From Eledone cirrhosa (Eukaryota), in contig CAXHJY010001612.1 in assembly GCA_964016885.1 (NCBI GenBank), positions 1-64,000 of the forward strand: a stretch of 64,000 nt of DNA, written 5' to 3'. Below are positions 1-17,121 of the stretch, one piece after another. Below the pieces are notes generated by a model. That model was not told the origin of the DNA. It searched no databases and saw nothing but the letters and a program-made list of their open reading frames with translations. Each line of letters opens with the position of its first letter. Positions within the stretch are counted from its first letter, which is position 1. The translations under genes were made by a program, and so were the position numbers.

Positions 1-67
<67 letters not shown>

Positions 68-107
68 ATATATATATATATATATATTATATATTATATA
101 TTATATA

Positions 108-254
<147 letters not shown>

Positions 255-257
255 TAT

Positions 258-821
258 ATTAGGGTAAACATTGGTGCAATTCAATTCAAGCACTGAACGT
301 ACTTATTCCACATAGGAGTGACGGAGTAAATATCGTATAAAGAAAAGCGAACTAGTTTCAGATGTTCAAATCCTTTAATAATAATGCTGTGATATATATT
401 TCAGTGACGACACTGGCCACACTGTTCTGTGTGTAGTACAATTGTAGTACAATATGGGTAGCAGTAAAATATGGTACAGGCATTTGGGGCCATTGTTTTC
501 GATGACGGGGTGAACTGACTAAGCAAATTTCTTTGAAGTCTGCGGTGGCGAATGGTAAACTTCCTTCGGACATGCGCTTGCGCAGGCCGCTGGGGGTGAA
601 TTGGTACTCACAAGAGAACGGATGAAAAACCCCAAAACACGCAATTCATCCGTTCCCATGTCGATCCAATTTGGATTGCCTCGGAAACATAACCTTATTA
701 TGTAACAAGCTGTCTGATGATGACACGACACTCGAACACAGAACAGTGTGGCCAGTGTCGTCACTGAAATATATATCACAGCATTATTATTAAAGGATTT
801 GAACATCTGAAACTACTTCGC
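258..821. mobile_element. Non-coding HHR-bearing PLE-type element, head-to-head: minus arm 258-433 with tail, plus arm 434-821
   Basis: Part of 337-433 is the reverse complement of about 736-821. Flanked by (TA)n. Contains the HHR at 709-782. Confidence 0.75.
709..782 (+). ncRNA. Type I hammerhead ribozyme (minimal helix III)
   Basis: gctgt-CTGATGA-long stem II (tgac..acgacact/agtgtcgtca)-GAAA-tatata-TC-acagc. Confidence 0.85.
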
Positions 822-856
822 TATATATATATATATTAAATATATATATATATATT

Positions 857-1095
857 ATAAAGAAAAGCGAAGTAGTTTCAGATGTTCAAATCCTTTAATA
901 ATAATGCTGTGATATATATTTCAGTGACGACACTGGCCACACTGTTCTGTGTGCGAGTGTCGTGTCATCATCAGACAGCTTGTTACATAATAAGTTATGT
1001 TTCCGAGGCAATCCAAATTGGATCGACGAGGCAACGGATGAATTGCGTGTTTTGGGGTTTTTCATCCGTTCCCTTGTGAGTACCAATTCACCCCC
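857..1095 (-). mobile_element. Second copy of the 258-821 family with complete HHR at 906-979 (minus)
   Basis: Near-perfect reverse complement of about 592-821. Confidence 0.8.
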
Positions 1096-3288
1096 ATATA
1101 TATAATATTTATAATATATAATATATATAATATATATAATATATATATATATAATATATATATATAATATATATAATATATATATATATATAATATATAT
1201 AATATATATATATAATATATATATAATATATATATAATATATATAATATATATATATATATATAATATTTATAATATATATATATATAATATATATAATA
1301 TATATATATAATATATATAATATATAATATATATAATATATATATATATAATATATATAATATATAATATATATAATATATATATATATATAATATATAT
1401 ATATATAATATATATAATATATAATATATATAATATATAATATATATATATAATATATATAATATATATATATATAATATATATATATATATAATATATA
1501 TATATATAATATATATATATAATATATATATATATAATTGTTTCCACTTTTTGGCACAAGGCCAGCAATTACCCAGTGCATTACTGGTACTTTATTTTAT
1601 CGACCCCGTAATGATGAAAGGCAAAGTCAACCTCAGCGGGATTTGAACTCAGATCGTTAAGGGACGTAACTATGCTGGAAAGCATGGCATCCGACCCTCT
1701 ACCGATACTGCCAATCCACCGCCTTTATATATATATATAATATACATAATATATATATATATATATATATATAATATTTATAATATATATATATAATATA
1801 TATAATATATAATATATATAATATATATATATATATAATATATAATATTTATAATATATATATATATAATATATATAATATATAATATATATAATATATA
1901 TATATATATAATATATATATATATATAATATATAATATTTATAATATATATATATATAATATATATAATATATAATATATATATATATATAATATATATA
2001 TATATATAATATATAATATATATATATATAATATATATATATAATATATATAATATATATATAATATATATAATATATATATATAATATATATAATATAT
2101 AAATATATAATATATATAATATATAATATATATGTATATATAATATATATAAGATATAATATAATATATATGTATATATAATATATATAAGATATAATAT
2201 ATATAATATATATATATATATATATAATATAATATATATATATATATATATATAATAATATATAATATATATATATAATATATATAATATATATATAATA
2301 TATAATATATATAATATACTATATAATATATATATAATATATATAATATATATATATATAATATATAATATATATATATATATATAATATATATATAATA
2401 TATATAATATATATATATATAATATATAATATATATATATATATAATATGTATATATATAATATATATAATATATAATATATATATATATAACATATATA
2501 ATATATATATATATAATATATAATATATATATATATAATATATATAATATATAATATATATAATATATATAATATATATATATATAATATATATAATATA
2601 TAATATATATATATATATAATATATATAATATATATATATATATAATATATATAATATATAATATATATATATATAATATATATATATATAATATATATA
2701 ATATATATATATATAATATATATAATATATAAAATAATATAATAATATATATATAACATATATAATATGTATATATATAATATATATAATATATAATATA
2801 TATATATATAATATATATAATATATATATATATAACATATATAATATGTATATATATAATATATATAATATATAATATATATATATATAATATATATAAT
2901 ATATATATATAATATATATATTATATAATATATATATATAATATATATATATATATATAATATATATATATAATATATATAATATATAATATATATATAT
3001 AATATATATATATATATATAATATATATATAATATATATAATATATATATAATATATATATAATATATATATAATATATATAATATATATATAATATATA
3101 TAATATATATATATAATATATATAATATATATATATAATATATATAATATATATTTATATATATATATAATATATATATATAATATATATAATATATATA
3201 TATAAAATATATATAATATATATATATATAATATATATAATATATATATATAAAATATATATAATATATATATATATAATATATATAA

Positions 3289-3337
<49 letters not shown>

Positions 3338-3440
3338 TAATATATAATATATATATATATATATATAATATATATAATATATAATATATATATATATATA
3401 TATATAATATATATATATATATAATATATATATAATATAT

Positions 3441-3472
<32 letters not shown>

Positions 3473-3495
3473 ATATATATATATATATAATATAT

Positions 3496-3548
<53 letters not shown>

Positions 3549-3644
3549 ATATATATAATATATATATATTATAATATATATATAATATATAATATATATA
3601 ATCATATAATATATATATAATATAATATATATATAATATATAAT

Positions 3645-3680
<36 letters not shown>

Positions 3681-3827
3681 ATATAATATATATATAATAT
3701 ATAATATATATAATCATATAATATATATATATATAATATATAATATATATAATCATATAATGTATATATAATATAATATATATATAATATAATATATATA
3801 TAATATATATATAATATATATATATAT

Positions 3828-3868
<41 letters not shown>

Positions 3869-3874
3869 ATATAT
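1096..3874. repeat. Imperfect (TA)n array with single-A interruptions (TATAA), interrupted by a SINE
   Basis: Direct reading. Confidence 0.95.
1538..1723 (-). mobile_element. tRNA-derived SINE with Nin-domain-like core
   Basis: Minus strand has A box TGGCAGTATCGG and B box GAGTTCAAATCC, followed by GCCTTTCATC..GGGGTCGATAAAATAAAGTACCAG. Confidence 0.8.
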
Positions 3875-3931
3875 GTAGGAGGTGAGTTTTATTTTAGTAC
3901 AATAAAGCAATATATATATATATATATAATA

Positions 3932-4003
3932 TAGTTTCAGAAGATGCCGTTAAGGGTGAAAGCAGCGATTCTTTGCTTAAACTTTAATCTGTTATTTTAA
4001 TAA

Positions 4004-4004
<1 letters not shown>
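3932..4004 (+). ncRNA. Solo PLE 3'-end fragment consisting of an HHR with CAGAAGA core (3933-3983)
   Basis: agttt-CAGAAGA-stem II-GAAA-gca..tgc-TT-aaact. Matches the reverse complement of about 39411-39483, the 3' end of the GIY-YIG PLE. Confidence 0.65.
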
Positions 4005-4047
<43 letters not shown>

Positions 4048-4127
4048 ATATATAATATATATATATATATAATATATATATAATATATATAATATTTATA
4101 TAATATATATATATAATATATATATAT

Positions 4128-4546
4128 CCCTTAATTTAACGAATAATGTATTCAGTTGCTGCAGACATAGATTGAACTCAACGCTTAAATATAAATATAA
4201 ATTTAAAATGTAGTTTAATTAATTAAGTAATTTAGTTAATATATCTAACCTGTCGATAAATCATTAGATTCCTTCACGTTTTTCATTTTCTTTGGATACG
4301 TACCCAAGTATAAATTTTCTTCATAAATATAATTATAAATATAATAAACTATTCTAGAAAGGTTTATCCTTTCAATATCTTGAATAAAATATACGTAAGA
4401 TAAATTTCTATACTAAACATATTATTTTAGCTTAAAATATTCTATAATAATTTAAGAGTTTTTAAATTTTTTTAAAAATCTTTTGAAATTTTTGAAATTT
4501 TAAAGATTTAAACAAAATTTTTAAAAATTTTATAAAAATTTTTAAA

Positions 4547-4577
<31 letters not shown>

Positions 4578-6263
4578 TATTTTTAAACTTTTTAATATTT
4601 TGACATTTGTAGAATCCTTGTTTTTTAAGTTATATTGATATAATATTTTATTTTTTATTAGATTTATTTTTTATTTTTTATTAGATTCATTTTATTTTTT
4701 TTATTAGATTCATTTTATTTTTATTTTTTATTTTTATTAGATTTTTATTAGATTTGTTTTTTATTAGATTTGTTTTTATTAGATTTGTTTTTACTAGATT
4801 TGTTTTTATTCTGATAGATTCTCATAATTTTATTAGATTTTTTTTTTATTCTGATAGCTTCTTATAATTTTCAAAAGTTTGTCCTTTCAATATCTTGATT
4901 AAAATATACGTAAGATTAATTTCTATACTAAATATATTAAACATATTATTTTAACTTAAAATATTCTATAATATTTTGGGGTATTTTAGTATTTTGATAT
5001 TTGTAGAATTCGTTTGCTTTTTAAGTTATATTGATATAATTATATTTCCAAAATATAATCCTTTTGTATTTTATATACTCAATTGTATTATGTTATATGT
5101 TGATTATATCTATATACGGCTAATGTATCTATATGTGTGTGTGTTGACATACATATACATGTGTTATATGCTTTTTTATGATTATATGTCTGTCTGTATA
5201 AATGCATGAGTGACGCGTGTATACCAATTGAAGATGCACACACATATCTATTCATGTATAGCTAAGAATTATGGATGTGAATGTACAGGTTTACACATGC
5301 AGTTTTTGATTGCAGATATGCATAACTTAACAGCCATAAATGCATGAAAGTAAATCCTATATATTTATATATATATATACTAAAAACTTTTAATTTTTAA
5401 TTAATAACACAGGGAATATATGGCAAAAATCACTTATGTTTTGCATATATATTATGTGCGGGAGTAGATATAATGTGTATTTTCTGAGTGAGTGTGTATA
5501 TATATATATATTTACTGTACCTTTGCCTATGTATGTAATATGCGATAGATAATCTCTCTAGCAATATATATATTTTATAATGTTTAAATTCCAATTTTTA
5601 ATATATTGATCTCAATTTTAAACTAAATATCTAATCATAATTAAACACTATGTAATTTCTCATATTATATATCTATATTCCATTCATGAATATTAATATT
5701 TCTAATTTTATTTATGCTTTTCATCCCAATTGTTAACTCAACTTAATGACATAACTTAAGGCTTTCGTTCTCTCCCCCTCTCTCTATCTCTATATCTCTC
5801 TCTCTGGATTTTTTTCTCTGCTGATGGTTTGATATCTCCCCGTTATTTTTCCTCTGTTCTCTTTTCTTTTTGTTTTCTTCATTCTCTTTATCTATCTCTC
5901 CCTTTCTTTTCTCCACGTTTCTCTCTCTCTCTCTCCATATTTTTACTTACTCTTAACAAGTTGACTTACTAAAGTAAACAAATCACTATCCTGATGGCCT
6001 CCAAAAACAACGGTCAATTTTTAAAAGGGGTACGTCAATGTCTATTTATAAAACTGTTATATATTGTATTTTGTCTGATGAAGGCATACCATAATGTAAC
6101 TTGGTATCCTTGAAATATATATAATGAAATAAATATGGTTTTATAAATATAGTTTCCATTTATTAATATCGTATATCTACCCCAAATATTTGTTTGAGTG
6201 CTTTATATCAGTTATAAAAACATTTGCTTGTTGTATCCCAACAATTTAAATAAAACCTTTGCA
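4128..6263 (+). mobile_element. 5'-truncated Hydra-like PLE: last codons of GIY-YIG (LNLTNNVFSCCRHRLN..), long AT-rich 3' UTR and pLTR
   Basis: 4128-4213 resembles the ORF end at 15181-15266. 6030-6263 resembles 16560-16791. Confidence 0.75.
6062..6136 (+). ncRNA. Type I hammerhead ribozyme
   Basis: tattttgt-CTGATGA-aggcatacca..tggtatcctt-GAAA-tatata-TA-atgaaata. Confidence 0.8.
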
Positions 6264-8834
<2,571 letters not shown>

Positions 8835-8835
<1 letters not shown>

Positions 8836-9480
8836 GAACCAGTAAGACCCCGACGGCTGAGCTCAAGCCGTTTCGACGGCTAATTCTGGACTAAATGAAA
8901 ATTTATCCTCGTATTTAAATAGCCGAGCTTCTCAAGAGGTAATTCCATATATGGTCAAAGTGATTTTCACATGGATTGGTCACAAGTTAGTAGTAATTCT
9001 GTGATGGCAAATTAGTGGGGGAAGGGGTAGCTAAACCTGCCAGTAGGAGAAAAAGGGGAGTGGGTGGAGTAGACCCATTCATGCGTTGGTGGTGCCGGCT
9101 AGAGCTGGGCTTGAGGTCAAAGAAGATACTAGGGAGGGGGAGGAAGTTGAAACGGTAAGTAGAACAATGAAGGGTAAATATATACTGAGAGTGAAGCGAT
9201 TAAATGTAAAGAAAAAAAAAAGCAAATTCTACGACCTAAGTCTCTCGCTATTGCTAGGCTAAATAAATAAATAAATAAATAGATATATAAATAAATAAAT
9301 AGATACATAAATGAATAAATAGATAAAGAAATAGAAAATAATAAATAAATAAACTAGATGGTACGGAATGGGAAAGGACTCTATTAAGAGGTATAAGTAC
9401 GTATATCATACAGTGACGGGTCAACAAAGGGGGGGGGGGGGGGGGCAAAATACTAAAGAAACTACCACGAAATAATTAAT
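8835..9480 (-). mobile_element. Non-coding PLE-type 3' segment ending in an HHR; terminal fragment recurs at 62488-62545
   Basis: Shared ggaac..agtaagaccccgacggctgagctcaagccgtttcga terminus next to (TA)n. Confidence 0.6.
8847..8940 (-). ncRNA. Type I hammerhead with U3-A8 core variant (UUGAGAA)
   Basis: acctc-TTGAGAA-g..cggcta..tagccg..c-GAAA-cggct..agccg-TC-ggggt. Confidence 0.7.
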
Positions 9481-9484
9481 AAAG

Positions 9485-9551
9485 GTTTCTACCCCGGGCA
9501 CAAGGCCAGCAACAACCCAGTGGTAATTTATATATATATATTATATATAAT

Positions 9552-9594
<43 letters not shown>

Positions 9595-10033
9595 ATATAT
9601 ATATATTATATATATATATAATATAAATATATAATATATATAATATATATATAATATATATATATATATAATATATATATATTATATAGATATATTATAT
9701 ATAGCGGCGATGAATTAGTTTAGCGAGGTTTTTTATATGAAATCGTGTGTCGAAACAGATATTGTTATATTTGGGGAGGGTCATATTTGCGTAATATTGC
9801 CAGAATTAATAACAGAACACACTCACTGTTTGGTTGGTTTTCGCTTCTCGCTGTCTTTTATATCTGCGATCTAACTTACTCGGTCCTCAATGTTGCCATT
9901 GACTGACCGGCGGTCAAACCCCGTAAGGATGAAAGGCAAAGTCAACCTCGGCGGGATTTGAACTCAGATCATAAAGGGACGTAACTATGCTGGAAAGCAT
10001 GGCGTCCGACCCTCTACCGATACTCCCAATCCA
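9485..10033 (-). mobile_element. SINE (same family as 1538-1723) split into 9485-9530 and 9918-10033
   Basis: Both halves align collinearly to 1538-1723. They are separated by a TA tract plus a PLE 3' end. Confidence 0.75.
9703..9917 (-). mobile_element. 3'-terminal fragment of the RT/GIY-YIG PLE family of 51070-55111
   Basis: Matches the reverse complement of about 54890-55111. Confidence 0.85.
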
Positions 10034-10037
10034 TATA

Positions 10038-10077
<40 letters not shown>

Positions 10078-10242
10078 TATAATATAATATATATATAATA
10101 TATAATATATATATATAATATATATATATATAATATATATATAATATATGTATATAATATATATAATATATATTATATATATATATTATATATATATTAT
10201 ATATATATATATAATATATATAATATATAAATATATAATATA

Positions 10243-13200
10243 CGATATTAAATATAATATATGATATTAAATATAATATATGATATTAAATATATATATA
10301 TATAATATATATTATATATATATATTATATATATATTATATATATATATATAATATATATATAATATATATATATATAATATATATATAATATATATATA
10401 TATAATATACGATATTAAATAAATGGAAACTATATTTATAAAACCATATTTATTTCACTATATATATTTCAGGGATATCATATTAACAATATGTTATGCC
10501 TTCCTCAGACAAAATACAATATAGACAGTTTTATAGATAAATAGATTTGACATACCGTTCAACATCGACTTGTATTTGAAAAAGTTGATTTGGCAGTGAA
10601 AAATTGTAAACAGAAAGAAAGAAAGAGAGAAAGAAGGAAAGAAAGAAAAGAAAGAAAGAAAACGAAGAAAAAGAAGAAAAAGAAGAAATGCATGCAACAA
10701 AATAGAGAGATGGAAAGATAGATAAAGAGAAGAACTTCATGTAAAGAAACAGATAGAGATATATATAGAGAGAGGAAATAGATAGAGATAGATATATATA
10801 GAGAAAAGTAGGTAGTTGGATGAACGTATCAATGATACATTTATTTATTTATTTATTTATTTAGCTCTAGTATTAATGTAAGGGAGATATATGTGGTTAG
10901 GAAAGAAACCAGCCGTTATATATAGAGAAAAATGAAAAGTAACCAGACATAAGCGAGGCATAATTTAAAAACCCTATGTTTTAATGTAGAGATATTAGTA
11001 CGTATAAAAACCAGGCACTATAATGTAAATATCAGTATTCCTGAATGAGACACGTATCCATAATGTGTGAAAAGTAATAGAAAGCATTACAATAATTCCA
11101 AAAGCCAAAAAAGAAATAGAACTAGGAACATAATATGGTTTGCCCCCCCCCCCCTTTCTCACTAAACATTAAAACCCACATCGCTAAACTATTTTTTAAA
11201 GCTCTTGATAATCGCTTCCCTAGAACACATAGGTATCACTCAATTTTCAATAGACATACTATAAAATTAACCTACTCATCCACCAAAAATTTAGCACAAA
11301 ATATTAATAGAATAAATAATAGGAACTTAAAACCTAGCGATAATAGCATAAATAATATACAAGTTAACAAATGTAACTGTAGAGATAGATCTAAATGTCG
11401 ATATTAAATATAATATATGATATTAAATATATATATATATAATATATATTATATATATATATTATATATATATTATATATATATATATAATATATATATA
11501 ATATATATATATATAATATATATATATAATATATATATATATAATATACGATATTAAATAAATGGAAACTATATTTATAAAACCATATTTATTTCACTAT
11601 ATATATTTCAGGGATATCATATTAACAATATGTTATGCCTTCCTCAGACAAAATACAATATAGACAGTTTTATAGATAAATAGATTTGACATACCGTTCA
11701 ACATCGACTTGTATTTGAAAAAGTTGATTTGGCAGTGAAAAATTGTAAACAGAAAGAAAGAAAGAGAGAAAGAAGGAAAGAAAGAAAAGAAAGAAAGAAA
11801 ACGAAGAAAAAGAAGAAAAAGAAGAAATGCATGCAACAAAATAGAGAGATGGACATGCAACAAAATAGAGAGATGGAAAGATAGATAAAGAGAAGAACTT
11901 CATGTAAAGAAACAGATAGAGATATATATAGAGAGAGGAAATAGATAGAGATAGATATATATAGAGAAAAGTAGGTAGTTGGATGAACGTATCAATGATA
12001 CATTTATTTATTTATTTATTTATTTAGCTCTAGTATTAATGTAAGGGAGATATATGTGGTTAGGAAAGAAACCAGCCGTTATATATAGAGAAAAATGAAA
12101 AGTAACCAGACATAAGCGAGGCATAATTTAAAAACCCTATGTTTTAATGTAGAGATATTAGTACGTATAAAAACCAGGCACTATAATGTAAATATCAGTA
12201 TTCCTGAATGAGACACGTATCCATAATGTGTGAAAAGTAATAGAAAGCATTACAATAATTCCAAAAGCCAAAAAAGAAATAGAACTAGGAACATAATATG
12301 GTTTGCCCCCCCCCCCCCCCCCCCTTCTCACTAAACATTAAAACCCACATCGCTAAACTATTTTTTAAAGCTCTTGATAATCGCTTCCCTAGAACACATA
12401 GGTATCACTCAATTTTCAATAGACATACTATAAAATTAACCTACTCATCCACCAAAAATTTAGCACAAAATATTAATAGAATAAATAATAGGAACTTAAA
12501 ACCTAGCGATAATAGCATAAATAATATACAAGTTAACAAATGTAACTGTAGAGATAGATCTAAATGTCGATATTAAATATAATATATGATATTAAATATA
12601 TATATATATAATATATATTATATATATATATTATATATATATTATATATATATATATAATATATATATAATATATATATATATAATATATATATATAATA
12701 TATATATATATAATATACGATATTAAATAAATGGAAACTATATTTATAAAACCATATTTATTTCACTATATATATTTCAGGGATATCATATTAACAATAT
12801 GTTATGCCTTCCTCAGACAAAATACAATATAGACAGTTTTATAGATAAATAGATTTGACATACCGTTCAACATCGACTTGTATTTGAAAAAGTTGATTTG
12901 GCAGTGAAAAATTGTAAACAGAAAGAAAGAAAGAGAGAAAGAAGGAAAGAAAGAAAAGAAAGAAAGAAAACGAAGAAAAAGAAGAAAAAGAAGAAATGCA
13001 TGCAACAAAATAGAGAGATGGAAAGATAGATAAAGAGAAGAACTTCATGTAAAGAAACAGATAGAGATATATATAGAGAGAGGAAATAGATAGAGATAGA
13101 TATATATAGAGAAAAGTAGGTAGTTGGATGAACGTATCAATGATACATTTATTTATTTATTTATTTATTTAGCTCTAGTATTAATGTAAGGGAGATATAT

Positions 13201-14866
13201 GTGGTTAGGAAAGAAACCAGCCGTTATATATAGAGAAAAATGAAAAGTAACCAGACATAAGCGAGGCATAATTTAAAAACCCTATGTTTTAATGTAGAGA
13301 TATTAGTACGTATAAAAACCAGGCACTATAATGTAAATATCAGTATTCCTGAATGAGACACGTATCCATAATGTGTGAAAAGTAATAGAAAGCATTACAA
13401 TAATTCCAAAAGCCAAAAAAGAAATAGAACTAGGAACATAATATGGTTTGCCCCCCCCCTTCTCACTAAACATTAAAACCCACATCGCTAAACTATTTTT
13501 TAAAGCTCTTGATAATCGCTTCCCTAGAACACATAGGTATCACTCAATTTTCAATAGACATACTATAAAATTAACCTACTCATCCACCAAAAATTTAGCA
13601 CAAAATATTAATAGAATAAATAATAGGAACTTAAAACCTAGCGATAATAGCATAAATAATATACAAGTTAACAAATGTAACTGTAGAGATAGATCTAAAT
13701 GTCGATATTAAATATAATATATGATATTAAATATATATATATATAATATATATTATATATATATATTATATATATATTATATATATATATATAATATATA
13801 TATTATATATATATATATAATATATATATAATATATATATATATAATATATATATATAATATATATATATATAATATACGATATTAAATAAATGGAAACT
13901 ATATTTATAAAACCATATTTATTTCACTATATATATTTCAGGGATATCATATTAACAATATGTTATGCCTTCCTCAGACAAAATACAATATAGACAGTTT
14001 TATAGATAAATAGATTTGACATACCGTTCAACATCGACTTGTATTTGAAAAAGTTGATTTGGCAGTGAAAAATTGTAAACAGAAAGAAAGAAAGAGAGAA
14101 AGAAGGAAAGAAAGAAAAGAAAGAAAGAAAACGAAGAAAAAGAAGAAAAAGAAGAAATGCATGCAACAAAATAGAGAGATGGAAAGATAGATAAAGAGAA
14201 GAACTTCATGTAAAGAAACAGATAGAGATATATATAGAGAGAGGAAATAGATAGAGATAGATATATATAGAGAAAAGTAGGTAGTTGGATGAACGTATCA
14301 ATGATACATTTATTTATTTATTTATTTATTTAGCTCTAGTATTAATGTAAGGGAGATATATGTGGTTAGGAAAGAAACCAGCCGTTATATATAGAGAAAA
14401 ATGAAAAGTAACCAGACATAAGCGAGGCATAATTTAAAAACCCTATGTTTTAATGTAGAGATATTAGTACGTATAAAAACCAGGCACTATAATGTAAATA
14501 TCAGTATTCCTGAATGAGACACGTATCCATAATGTGTGAAAAGTAATAGAAAGCATTACAATAATTCCAAAAGCCAAAAAAGAAATAGAACTAGGAACAT
14601 AATATGGTTTGCCCCCCCCCCTTCTCACTAAACATTAAAACCCACATCGCTAAACTATTTTTTAAAGCTCTTGATAATCGCTTCCCTAGAACACATAGGT
14701 ATCACTCAATTTTCAATAGACATACTATAAAATTAACCTACTCATCCACCAAAAATTTAGCACAAAATATTAATAGAATAAATAATAGGAACTTAAAACC
14801 TAGCGATAATAGCATAAATAATATACAAGTTAACAAATGTAACTGTAGAGATAGATCTAAATGTCC
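10243..14866. repeat. Tandem array of 4 units of about 1.14-1.17 kb: inverted pLTR with minus-strand HHR, PLE linker ORF piece, TA tract
   Basis: Unit starts acgatattaaataaatgg at 10409, 11548, 12717, 13878. HHRs at 10446-10522, 11585-11661, 12754-12830, 13915-13991. Confidence 0.9.
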
Positions 14867-15266
14867 GTTAAATAACAACTGCTTAGTTAAAAATATAATA
14901 TACAATTGTAATGTTAAAACTGACTCTAATTCTTTTAACTACGTCGGTTCCACATCGACGGAATTTAAACTTCGCTATAATAACCACAAGAATTCTTTCA
15001 CAGATCCAAGCAAAAAATCTTCAACAGCACTATCAGGCGTACTCTGGCAACTTAGGCTAGATAACGTTAGATATTCGACGGCTTGGAATATAGTCTCAAG
15101 AGGAATTCCTTTTAATTCATCCTCTGAGACATGTGACCTCTGCGCAGAGGAGATATTCTTTATACTAAAATCTAAAAATTCCCTTAATCTACGGACAAAT
15201 TTATTCAGTTGCTGCAAACATAGATTAAACTCAACTTTTAAATATAAATTTAAATTTAAAACGTAG
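14548..15266 (+). pseudogene. PLE linker + GIY-YIG endonuclease C-terminus (5'-truncated, frameshift in poly-C)
   Basis: RNIIWFAPPFS..FP..IFNRHTIKLTYS, CNCRDRSKCPL, IIY..YVG, RYNNH, WNI, CDLC, CKH. Confidence 0.85.
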
Positions 15267-16590
15267 TATATTTAGTTTGATTTATAATTATTTGGGAAAC
15301 TAGCCGATAAATCTTTCGATTTCTTCTTTTTATTCTTCTTCTTATTTTTATTTTTATTTTTATTTAAACATTCTTCATGAAAAATTAAACTACCCTAAAA
15401 GTTGATGCTCCAAATATTTCGAATAAACGTTACACTAGTTAAACTTCTATATTAAATATAAGAACACATGTAGACCAAAGGGGCATCCTAAACTTTTTGA
15501 AATGACTTTTGCTAGACGCGATTTGATAAATAATTTTTAGCTTTATCTGCTTTCGACTCTGATGCTTATAATGAACTTGGCAATATATTGTCAATTAATT
15601 TTGAAGGGTTGATCTTTGTGGTCGATTTGCGTGGCATATTATGTTTTTATTTTTATTATTGTAATATTTTCTAATATTTTTATTTTTAATATGTAATATT
15701 TTTTAGTTTTCTATTTTATTAGTATTTATTATTATTATTATTATTATTATTTTTTGTTTTTGTTTCTGATATTTTTTATTAATATATTGAAATCTGTTCT
15801 CTATTTCTGCTTGATAGATAATCATGTAGAGTAAAGACAAGAATAGTATTGTTAAAATTAATATAGACTCTATATATATGTGTATATATATACACATATA
15901 TGTATACTTAAATTTTTATAGCACAATGAGAATGTTCTCCGTGTGAAATAGGGGTTTGCAGAGTTGATCACGTAAATTCACATCGATGTTTGTAGTTATC
16001 ATATAAACATATGGATTTTTAAAACTAAACATAAGATCATTACTTTTCACACATTATGGATACGTGTCTCATTCAGGAATACTGATATTTACATTATAGT
16101 GCCTGGTTTTTATACGTACTAATATCTCTACATTAAAACATAGGGTTTTTAAATTATGCCTCGCTTATGTCTGGTTACTTTTCATTTTTCTCTATATATA
16201 ACGGCTGTTTTCTTTCCTAACCACATATATCTCCCTTACATTAATACTAGAGCTAAATAAATAAATAAATAAATGTATCATTGATACGTTCATCCAACTA
16301 CCTACTTTTCTCTATATATATCTATCTCTATCTATTTCCTCTCTCTATATATATCTCTATCTGTTTCTTTACATGAAGTTCTTCTCTTTATCTATCTTTC
16401 CATCTCTCTATTTTGTTGCATGCATTTCTTCTTTTTCTTCTTTTTCTTCGTTTTCTTTCTTTCTTTTCTTTCTTTCCTTCTTTCTCTCTTTCTTTCTTTC
16501 TGTTTACAATTTTTCACTGCCAAATCAACTTTTTCAAATACAAGTCGATGTTGAACGGTATGTCAAATCTATTTATCTATAAAACTGTCT

Positions 16591-16667
16591 ATATTGTATT
16601 TTGTCTGAGGAAGGCATAACATATTGTTAATATGATATCCCTGAAATATATATAGTGAAATAAATAT
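16591..16667 (+). ncRNA. Type I hammerhead ribozyme (CUGAGGA core)
   Basis: tattttgt-CTGAGGA-stem II-GAAA-tatata-TA-gtgaaata. Helix I has several G-U pairs. Confidence 0.7.
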
Positions 16668-16827
16668 GGTTTTATAAATATAGTTTCCATTTATTTAATA
16701 TCGTAAATATACTCCAAATACTTGTTGAGTGCTTTTATATCAGTTATAAATATTTACTAGTTGTAACCCAACAATTTAAATATAACTTTCCATATATATA
16801 TAATATATATATTTTTAATATATATAT

Positions 16828-16862
<35 letters not shown>

Positions 16863-17121
16863 ATATATATATATTTATAATATATATATATATATAATAT
16901 ATATAATATATATATATATAATATATATATATATAATATATATATAATATATATAATATATATATAATATATATATATATAATATATATATATATATTAT
17001 ATGTATATATATATAATATATTTATATATATATATAATATATATATATATATACAATATATATATATATATACAATATATTAATAATATATTTATATATA
17101 TATATAATATATATATATATA

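Larger units (their letters stand above)
13878..16791 (+). mobile_element. 5'-truncated Hydra-like PLE with inverted 5' pLTR (13878-14547 = reverse complement of about 16039-16704)
   Basis: Inverted repeat, GIY-YIG ORF, and HHR at 16591-16667. Confidence 0.85.

Noticed and set aside
259-264. TTAGGG next to a TA array
   Set aside because: A single hexamer at an element end, not a telomeric array.
10409-14866. Repeat-spacer pattern suggesting CRISPR
   Set aside because: Kilobase near-identical units, eukaryotic context, no unique spacers or cas genes.
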